Assembly (NCBI GenBank): GCA_001828605.1
Contig: MHZB01000026.1
Coordinates: forward strand, 1 to 59,733
Origin: Planctomycetes bacterium RIFCSPLOWO2_12_FULL_50_35
Lineage (GTDB): Bacteria > Planctomycetota > Brocadiia > Brocadiales > Bathyanammoxibiaceae
DNA length: 59,733 bases
Direction of reading: 5' to 3'
A model generated the notes under the pieces. The model was given only the letters and a program-made list of their open reading frames with translations, searched no databases and was not told the origin of the DNA. The first letter of the stretch is position 1. The number at the start of each line of letters is the position of its first letter. Both the position numbers and the translations under genes were made by a program. Shown piece after piece: positions 36,929 through 44,276 of the stretch.

Positions 36929-38701
36929 ATGCCTAAAACGTTGAAGGTACTGCTAATCTTAGGTTTTGTTGCAGGCCTGTGTTTCATAAGCTCCTTCAAC
37001 GGTGGGTTTGATAATGATGTGTATGCAGTAGAAATCATTACCCACTGGGTGCCTCACGAAGTATATGGTATGCCAGGCGAGCCAGATAATAATGGAAAGG
37101 TTTACTTCTCTGGTCTTGGCGCCAAGTACATGGGTGCACCGAAGGGAGGACCGCCCTGGCCTGGTAAGTACAGTAGGTTTTTTAGGACATTACCTGCCTA
37201 TCGCTATTACATTCCTGACGGTATGTATAATAGAGAGGACCTCCGTCCACCGAACCCGATAAAGGGTGTCTTCCGCAATGAGCAGTGCGTGGGGTGTCAT
37301 GAGGTTTTGACTCCCGGAATTGCAAGAGACTGGAAGATGAGCAGGCATGCTTCAGTTGAGCCCGCTCCGGTAGGTTGTCCGACCTGTCATAACTCTGACC
37401 ACCAGAAGCTGCATATGCCCAGCTCAAAGACCTGTGGTACAGAGGATTGTCACAGCACGCAGTACACACAGCAGATGGAAGGTGGAATTGGTTCTCACGG
37501 ATCCTGCGCCAGCTTTGCTCAGGTAGAGTGCGCATGGTCCATCGAGAGACCACCAGGAGATACTGCCGGTTGTGTGCTTTGTCACACCAGTGCTGAGGAG
37601 AGATGTTCGACTTGTCACGCAAGGCACCGTTTCGATCCCAGGACAGCCAGGAAGTCTGAGCAGTGCAAGACCTGCCACTGGGGTAAAGATCACCGTGACT
37701 GGGAGGCCTATGACATATCCATTCACGGCGTAGTGTATCAGACCGGCAAGTGGGACCCGAAGCTGTTTGACTGGGAACAAAAGTTGTCTGAGGCAACTTA
37801 CACCGGTCCGACATGCGCATATTGCCACATGCGTGGTGGTCATCACAACGTGCAGAAGCTGTCCACGGTCTACACAAGTATGGGTATGTCCATGTGCGAC
37901 CGCGGCGCTCCTCTCTGGCAGGAAAAGAGAGATACATGGGCATCAGTTTGTGACGATTGTCACTCACCCAGATTCGGCAAAGAAATCCTTCAGTGTATGG
38001 ACGAGGCAGTTAAGGATGCCGCCCTTAAGTATCGTGAGACCTTCAAGGTTGCAGAAGATCTCTACAGGGACGGTGTACTAGACCCCATGCCTAAGGACTT
38101 GGCGCCAGACTGGTCTGGTCAGCACATCTGGAGTCTTAAGATCGGCGCTTATCACGGCAACGAGTTTGGTGGAAAGACAGGCGAGTCCGGTGAGTTCAGG
38201 ATGTCCAACTGTACCAACGTAGAGCGTCTGTGCTTCGAGAGCGTTGGTTACTGGCAGACCTATATATTCAAGGGTATGGCTCACGGCAGCTGGAACGACG
38301 CCACATACTGCGATGGCTCCTTTGGTATGGACCGTTGGCTGGTGGACGTCAAGACGCAGGCTTCCAGGGCCAGAAGGCTTGCAGCCCTTGAGAAGAAGGT
38401 CGGAATCACCTGGGTCCCAGAAGACTTCTGGAGACACGGTGAGTGGCTTGACCAGCTTAGTGGTTGGAAGATTGTCAGGGAGTATCCTGGCAAGACCATG
38501 TTTGACCTCTGCCCAGAGCCGGGTTGGCTTGATACACATCATGCACCAGCCGCTGAGGTGGAGTATATCGAGAGAATGATTAAGCAGCTCGGTATGAAGG
38601 CTGGTAGGCATTCTGTTCACGGCCACGGTCATGAGGAGCATGGCACTCAAGGTCCTGAGACGCATGAACACGAATCGCCTGAACATACTCACGCCAGATA
38701 G
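36929..38701 (+). CDS. hdh: hydrazine dehydrogenase (octahaem HAO-like, hzo cluster-1 type)
   Basis: Seven CXXCH plus a CX4CH third site (CGTEDCH). CKTCHW and GQHIWS peptides (recalled hzo primer targets). Signal peptide MPKTLKVLLILGFVAGLCF. In-frame alternative starts at 36863 and 36893. Confidence 0.88.
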   Translation: MPKTLKVLLILGFVAGLCFISSFNGGFDNDVYAVEIITHWVPHEVYGMPGEPDNNGKVYFSGLGAKYMGAPKGGPPWPGKYSRFFRTLPAYRYYIPDGMYNREDLRPPNPIKGVFRNEQCVGCHEVLTPGIARDWKMSRHASVEPAPVGCPTCHNSDHQKLHMPSSKTCGTEDCHSTQYTQQMEGGIGSHGSCASFAQVECAWSIERPPGDTAGCVLCHTSAEERCSTCHARHRFDPRTARKSEQCKTCHWGKDHRDWEAYDISIHGVVYQTGKWDPKLFDWEQKLSEATYTGPTCAYCHMRGGHHNVQKLSTVYTSMGMSMCDRGAPLWQEKRDTWASVCDDCHSPRFGKEILQCMDEAVKDAALKYRETFKVAEDLYRDGVLDPMPKDLAPDWSGQHIWSLKIGAYHGNEFGGKTGESGEFRMSNCTNVERLCFESVGYWQTYIFKGMAHGSWNDATYCDGSFGMDRWLVDVKTQASRARRLAALEKKVGITWVPEDFWRHGEWLDQLSGWKIVREYPGKTMFDLCPEPGWLDTHHAPAAEVEYIERMIKQLGMKAGRHSVHGHGHEEHGTQGPETHEHESPEHTHAR

Positions 38702-38736
38702 ATTCGTTTACTTTGTGTGATGTTCTGTTGTTAATC

Positions 38737-38781
38737 AAGAGCTGCACAGATGGGTAGTTGCCTCTGTGCAGCTCTTTTTTT
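38737..38781 (+). terminator. rho-independent terminator of hdh
   Basis: 14-bp perfect stem aagagctgcacaga / tctgtgcagctctt, 12-nt loop, 7-T run. Confidence 0.85.
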
Positions 38782-38802
38782 ATAGAATGGAGTTTTGCTG
38801 AG

Positions 38803-40953
38803 ATGAGAATGGTACTTTCAATAGCGCTAAGCTTGTTCCTTGTAGGCCAAATATTTGCGGGTACCGGTGTTGCCGGAGAGGGCTCCGTACTCCACAAAGA
38901 CGTTGCGCAAGATTATTACAAAAAAGGTCAGTATGACGATGCCGTAAATGAATATAAACAGTGGCTCAAGAAGAATCCGTTTGACCCGGAGGCCTTTTTG
39001 GAACTGGGTCAAAGCTACGTGGCTAAGGGGTTGTACAAAGAGGCCGTCGAAGAGTATAAGCAGGCGCTGAAATTCTATCCGGACTATCCCGAGGCACATC
39101 TCAAGTGTGCAGATGCGTATTTTGCGCTTAATGATATGGAGAAGGCCGAATATGAATACCATCAGGCAATCAGGACGAACCCAACCATGGTTGAGGCCTA
39201 CTACAAGCTGGCAGTAATACTTAATATGACGGGAAGATACGATCAGGCCATAGCGCAGTGCAAGAGGGCCATTAACAAGGACCCCCAGTATGCGCAGGCG
39301 TATGTTGCAATGGGTCTTGCTCATTACAAAAATGGCAATTTGGACGAGGCGGTAAATAACTGCAAAAAATCGTTGGAATTAAAGCCGGAACTGATAGAGC
39401 CTCACAGGACACTGGGTCTTGCGTATGCCGGAAGCGGTATGGTTGATGAAAGCATAAGGGAGCTTAGGGTAGTGCTCAATGCGGTCACTGAGGATACGGA
39501 GGCGCGTCTCTGGCTTGGGAAATCACTGGCAAAGAAGGGCCAAAAAGACGAGGCCGTGGAGGAGTACAGGAAGATTCTTTCAGTAAAACCGCAGTATGCA
39601 GATGCCCATTATTATCTTGGTCTCATCTACTATGACAAAGGCCTTGTTGACGAGGCAATAGTGGAATACAAGAGCACGATAGATACCAACCCCAAACACC
39701 CGGAGGTACACACTGGACTGGGGATGGCATATAGTCAGAAAAGGGCATTTGAGGGGGTTATATCTGAGTTTGGGAAGGCGGTTGAGATAAAATCCTCACA
39801 ACCGGACGAGTTTATAGCGGCCATGAGAGAGGCCATAAATTCCGACCCGAACAATGTGGAGGCAAAGGTCTATCTTGGGATTGCGCTGGCGGATAAAGGG
39901 AGATTGGATGAGGCGATAGAACTTTATCAAAATGCCATTTCCCTGAGCCGTTATTACGTTGATGCCCATTACCGTCTCGGTCTGGCATATGCAGAAAAGG
40001 GTCTTTTGGAGGAAGCTGCCGCAGAATTCAAGCAAGTTATAGAGATAAACCCAAAATATGCGGATGCCCATAAAGAATTGGCCGATACATTCAATAGGAT
40101 TGGTGCACCTAAGGATGAGTACACGATATGGTCCAACGCAGTGGAACGCGACCCCGACGACACCAAGGCCCATCTGGGGCTCGGTATGTATTTCCACCGC
40201 ATGAATAATATTGACGACGCCAAGGCAGAGTATGACAAGGTACTGGAGCTGGACCCTTATAATGCCAGCGCATGCTATAACCTGGGTGTACTGTACCAGG
40301 ATTTGCACCTTTCCGAACGGGCGATACCTTACTATCAAAGGTGCATAGAGCTTAAGCCGCAGTACGACAAGGCTTATTTCAATCTGGCACTTGCATATCA
40401 GGATCAGGAGAGGTACGAAGAGGCGATAGGAATATACGAGAAGGCACTTAATATCAATCCTGACTATGCTCAGGGTCGAGTTAATCTGGGCCTCCTCTAC
40501 TATGCGCAGGATATGTTTGATGAGGCCCAGCTGCAGTTTAATAAGGCCCTGGAGGCTGACCCGGACCTTGCAGAGGCCTACTACCTTATCGGCGTGATAG
40601 AGGGGAAGAAGGGGAATGTTGACGTTGCGCTCGAGAAGACGCGAAAGGCCCTTGAACATGACCCGGATCATGTCCATGCCCATTTCAATCTGGCTACCAT
40701 CCTCTACATGAAGGGTAACCTGGAGGAAGCACTAAAGGAGTATCAGAAGACGATACAGATGAATAGAACCTATGCCGACGCCTACTATAACGTCGCCAAG
40801 ATATATGAGGAGTGGGGCATGAGAGCCGAGGCGGAGAGCTATTTTGTGCAGTATGAAAAGGCTAAGGCAACACAGCAGGATGCCACAGGAGTTGCGCGTA
40901 AGGTCGTTGAAGAACAGGAGTTGATGCCGGATCCAAGCACATACGTTAGGTAA
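38803..40953 (+). CDS. secreted TPR-repeat protein (about 20 TPR units)
   Basis: Signal peptide MRMVLSIALSLFLVGQIFA, then continuous 34-aa repeats (A..Y..AL...P....A...LG..Y). The track ORF start at 38758 lies inside the hdh terminator. Confidence 0.85.
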   Translation: MRMVLSIALSLFLVGQIFAGTGVAGEGSVLHKDVAQDYYKKGQYDDAVNEYKQWLKKNPFDPEAFLELGQSYVAKGLYKEAVEEYKQALKFYPDYPEAHLKCADAYFALNDMEKAEYEYHQAIRTNPTMVEAYYKLAVILNMTGRYDQAIAQCKRAINKDPQYAQAYVAMGLAHYKNGNLDEAVNNCKKSLELKPELIEPHRTLGLAYAGSGMVDESIRELRVVLNAVTEDTEARLWLGKSLAKKGQKDEAVEEYRKILSVKPQYADAHYYLGLIYYDKGLVDEAIVEYKSTIDTNPKHPEVHTGLGMAYSQKRAFEGVISEFGKAVEIKSSQPDEFIAAMREAINSDPNNVEAKVYLGIALADKGRLDEAIELYQNAISLSRYYVDAHYRLGLAYAEKGLLEEAAAEFKQVIEINPKYADAHKELADTFNRIGAPKDEYTIWSNAVERDPDDTKAHLGLGMYFHRMNNIDDAKAEYDKVLELDPYNASACYNLGVLYQDLHLSERAIPYYQRCIELKPQYDKAYFNLALAYQDQERYEEAIGIYEKALNINPDYAQGRVNLGLLYYAQDMFDEAQLQFNKALEADPDLAEAYYLIGVIEGKKGNVDVALEKTRKALEHDPDHVHAHFNLATILYMKGNLEEALKEYQKTIQMNRTYADAYYNVAKIYEEWGMRAEAESYFVQYEKAKATQQDATGVARKVVEEQELMPDPSTYVR

Positions 40954-41007
40954 CAGCCTTACAGATGCTTTGTTAATTGGCCTCCGAGGGAAGACAATAT
41001 TTGCAGT

Positions 41008-41201
41008 GAGACCTCTGAAAGACATTGTGAAGCTGTCATTCTGAGGGCGCGAAGCGACCGATGTGGCGTTGGGGCTTGCTCTCCGCCTAAGGCAAATTGA
41101 ACGTGGCAGCTTGCTGTCACGCTACACGACCTTGTGAAACTGTCATTCTTCGCTTCGCTCAGAATGACAACATCCAATAAACTGACTTTCGCAGAGGTCT
41201 C
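41008..41201. repeat. family A palindromic element, full-length copy with nested cargo hairpins
   Basis: Outer arms gagacctctgaaag / ctttcgcagaggtctc. Inner arms gctgtcattctgagggcgcgaagcgacc / ttcttcgcttcgctcagaatgacaac. The interior holds CCGCCTAAGGC and GTGGCAGCTTGCTGTCAC modules. Confidence 0.8.
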
Positions 41202-41230
41202 GTAGTAGTTACCAAAGGGATGGGACTATT

Positions 41231-42652
41231 TTACCTGGTGTCTGCGACGCAGCGAAAACCGATTGCCCTGTTTCTTTCATCCGGCCTGGCAAAGGATCTC
41301 TTTGTGCATCTGAGCAGATACGCGGAGTTGGCAAAGAGTGATCCCCCCCGCATAGACCTGACCCCGGTAGATTTTTCCGGTCCTTTTGGGTTAGATGTCG
41401 GACCTCTTTTGTAGTAGTAGCGGTCAAACCAGTCGCTGCACCATTCCATCACACTACCCGCCATATCGTGGCATCCAAAAACACTCTTGCCGTCCTCATA
41501 ACTGCCGACTGTAAGAGGTCCGGTTGCTCCCCAGTTTACCCTTGAGGCGCTGAAGACGTCACCCCAGGGAAACCGTCTGCCATCGGTGCCCCTTGCCGCC
41601 TTTTCCCATTCTGCCTCTGCTGGAAGGCGCTTTCCCGCCCATGCGGCATAGGCATAGGCGTCGTACCAGTCTATTCTTATTACTGGAAAATCAGGATGGT
41701 CGAAGTATCTGTCTTCATACCACTTATCGGGTGTGTGGTCTTTGTCTTTGGGTTCGCCTGGGTAGCATTTGCTGTGGTCGCCGGTCTCACGAACGTGCTT
41801 TAAAAACGCCCAGTATTGGGCATTTGTAACTTCATATTTGTCTATGTAAAAGGCGTCCAAATATACTTCCCTTTGCGGCGTTTCCTCCAGCCTTGCATTC
41901 TCGCTCATTTCATCCCTGAAATTGCTTCCCATTACAAAGATACCTGCGGGCACGACGACCATCTCTTCCCATTTGCTCCGGTTCTCCTCCAGGGCCTTCT
42001 TCATTATCTCACTTTTCCGCTCTTCCTTATCCTGGAGCCTTTTCTCTTTCTCCCGCGGCTTTAGGCTGGTCTCCGCCTCTTCCAGTTTCGCCACATAACC
42101 CTCGATTTGCTGCCTTGCCTCGGTATTCTCATAGGGTATCAACTTTAAACATTCGTCCAGGTGTTTCAAGGCCGACTTTTTGTCACCCAACTGCCAGTAA
42201 ACACCCCCAAGCTTGTAGTGCACAGATGGGTCTGAAGGGTCTAGTTCCAACACACGTAAGAGTTCGTTCAATGCATCCTCAAAGTATGCCTCTTCTATCA
42301 GTTGGTCCGCCTTTTCTGTGCGCTTCTTGGCCATTTCCTTGAGCTGTTCCTTGGTAAGTTCTTCCGGGGCGGCCCCTGGTTTTTCGGCCGGTGCAGGTTC
42401 CAGTTCAGCTCCGTCGTTGCGGCAGAAGGTCTCTCCGAGTTCACCCCTTTGCCCGCATTTTGGACAGATGAGTTCCGCCTCCACTGCGAGTAGTTCCGTA
42501 CCGTCTTTTCCGCAGAATTTTATATCTTCCGTATACATCTGGCCGCAGTCCGGACACCTCTTTGTTTCCGGCGTTTCGGGCTCGGACCATGTTACAGACG
42601 TTGATATGCAGATGGTAACGACAAACAGTAGGTGCAAAAATAACCTAATCAT
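41231..42652 (-). CDS. secreted/anchored protein: double zinc ribbon, TPR, and formylglycine-generating-enzyme (SUMF1/FGE) domain
   Basis: ATG 42652 with a GGAGG SD site. Hydrophobic N-terminus, CPDCG..FCGKDG and CPKCG..FCRNDG ribbons, TPR segment. C-terminal FGE-type domain (YDAYAYAAWAGKRLPAEAEWEKAARG, RGGS, GFRCV). Confidence 0.8.
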   Translation of the reverse strand: MIRLFLHLLFVVTICISTSVTWSEPETPETKRCPDCGQMYTEDIKFCGKDGTELLAVEAELICPKCGQRGELGETFCRNDGAELEPAPAEKPGAAPEELTKEQLKEMAKKRTEKADQLIEEAYFEDALNELLRVLELDPSDPSVHYKLGGVYWQLGDKKSALKHLDECLKLIPYENTEARQQIEGYVAKLEEAETSLKPREKEKRLQDKEERKSEIMKKALEENRSKWEEMVVVPAGIFVMGSNFRDEMSENARLEETPQREVYLDAFYIDKYEVTNAQYWAFLKHVRETGDHSKCYPGEPKDKDHTPDKWYEDRYFDHPDFPVIRIDWYDAYAYAAWAGKRLPAEAEWEKAARGTDGRRFPWGDVFSASRVNWGATGPLTVGSYEDGKSVFGCHDMAGSVMEWCSDWFDRYYYKRGPTSNPKGPEKSTGVRSMRGGSLFANSAYLLRCTKRSFARPDERNRAIGFRCVADTR

Positions 42653-42753
42653 CTTTACCTCCAACAACTTACACAAATGCGTGTACCCAGTAATATGTGG
42701 CGTAAAAATAAATGTTACCATATAGACACCAAAAATCAACACGCTAAAAACAC

Positions 42754-42783
42754 TTGAAACGGCCGGTATCATTGTGGTAAAAT
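42754..42783 (+). promoter_or_regulatory. possible promoter of the 11-haem gene
   Basis: TTGAAA, 18-nt spacer, TAAAAT, about 55 nt upstream of ATG 42837. Confidence 0.35.
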
Positions 42784-42836
42784 TCCTATCTCTCAAACCT
42801 TATCCTAGATAGAGTCCAACAAAGAGGAGGGGCCTC

Positions 42837-44042
42837 ATGGCAGAAGGTGAGAAGTGTGAATGCTGGTCAACCAAGACCATAGACTGGGTAAAGCAGAATA
42901 AAAGGACAGTAAGGATTGGTCTTGTCGTTTTCCTGCTGGTATTCGGCTTTGCCAACCTGCAGATGTACCACTACTCAGAGACCTGCGAGTTTTGCGGCTT
43001 GCTCTGCCATGAGATGAATGTGCATTATTCCTCCTTCATGGAGTCAAAGCACCACAACGAACACGTTCACAACTGTCACGAGTGTCATGTGGGAGCAGGC
43101 ATGAAGGGTTTTCTCCATGCGAAACTCAGCGACGGTACGCACGACACATTTGAGCATCTTAAGGGTACTTTTGCCGACGGCAGGATTATAGAGGTTGCAG
43201 AAGATAGCGTACCCACGGTAAACAGCAATTGCATTAGGTGTCATTCAGAGGGGTACACAAAAGACCAGACGCATCTGCCTGCGGTTGCCGTAAGTACGCG
43301 CAAAATAAGCGAAGGTGTCTTTAAGAATCTTATGTGCACCGATTGTCATGCCGGCCTGGTACACCCGCATATGCCTGGGGACCTCTTCAAGGCATATACA
43401 GAAATGAAAAAGTCTCATCCGGATGCCAAGATAGAACCGATAGGTACGTATAAGGATGTAGAGTGTCTCGGCTGCCACAAGAACACTACCCCTGAGGTCG
43501 TAAAGGAATGGACCAACAGCGGACACGCAAAGAAAGGCGTGACCTGCGATGGGTGCCATGGTAACGACCACAGCGTAATTAAAGAAAGGTCCGGGCACGT
43601 TACAGCGGCCAGTTGCGCCCAGTGCCATGAGAAGGCCTACAATGAGTTTAAGGAGACCAAACATATACAAGGCCGGGTTGTAGCCACTGTCGCTGGACAA
43701 GATGTCATGACGAAGCAGCTGAGTATGTATCTCTGCAAGGACTGCCACCGCTTTGGAATGATACGCCCATGGGACGAAACCGGCGAGGACTGCGGCTCGT
43801 GTCACCTGGGGCACGTATTTTCCAAACAAGAGGCATCGAAGTCCACCGCATGTGAGAAGTGTCATACGGGTGGGGCATTCCCCGACCATTCGCAGCTTGA
43901 CGTATCCGAGAACTCACCGCATGGTAAGATGTATGCCAAGTGGAGTGAAAGGATGGGGCGCACACCTGCCTGTCAGGAGTGTCACGGTCCTGAACACAGC
44001 CACAATTTTGAAAAATTCAGTGTTGTACACGAATCACTTTGA
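42837..44042 (+). CDS. membrane-anchored 11-haem cytochrome c: NapC/NirT/NrfH-like N-terminus fused to a truncated HAO-like haem core
   Basis: TM helix, CX3CH-EM (CGLLCHEM), then CHECH, CIRCH, CTDCH. HAO-like spacing follows: CLGCH..W..SGHA..CDGCHGNDH, CAQCH, CKDCH, CGSCHLGHVF, CEKCHTGG..DH, CQECHGPEH. Confidence 0.8.
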   Translation: MAEGEKCECWSTKTIDWVKQNKRTVRIGLVVFLLVFGFANLQMYHYSETCEFCGLLCHEMNVHYSSFMESKHHNEHVHNCHECHVGAGMKGFLHAKLSDGTHDTFEHLKGTFADGRIIEVAEDSVPTVNSNCIRCHSEGYTKDQTHLPAVAVSTRKISEGVFKNLMCTDCHAGLVHPHMPGDLFKAYTEMKKSHPDAKIEPIGTYKDVECLGCHKNTTPEVVKEWTNSGHAKKGVTCDGCHGNDHSVIKERSGHVTAASCAQCHEKAYNEFKETKHIQGRVVATVAGQDVMTKQLSMYLCKDCHRFGMIRPWDETGEDCGSCHLGHVFSKQEASKSTACEKCHTGGAFPDHSQLDVSENSPHGKMYAKWSERMGRTPACQECHGPEHSHNFEKFSVVHESL

Positions 44043-44101
44043 AAGATTTTATGTTCTGACAGATTCTAATTAACCGGAAGGTCTTTAAGTTGAATGTTTT
44101 T

Positions 44102-44138
44102 AAAAAATCCCGCCAAGTTAAGGTGGGATTTTTTATTT
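44102..44138 (+). terminator. rho-independent terminator after the 11-haem gene
   Basis: aaaatcccgcc / ggtgggatttt stem (one G-U pair), 7-nt loop, T-run. Confidence 0.7.
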
Positions 44139-44206
44139 GCAGGTGGTTTGAATCGCCCGCAAAAGTGTTTAATGTATTTTCGTTAAGTTCTTTGTAGGTA
44201 GTGCTA

Positions 44207-44236
44207 TTAACAAACCCATACAATTGAGGTTATAAT
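44207..44236 (+). promoter_or_regulatory. possible promoter of the acn-mdh-sdh cluster
   Basis: TTAACA, 18-nt spacer, TATAAT. Confidence 0.4.
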
Positions 44237-44276
44237 ATTGAGGTTCAGGAAAAGAGGGTTTAGATAAGCCGTGGGC

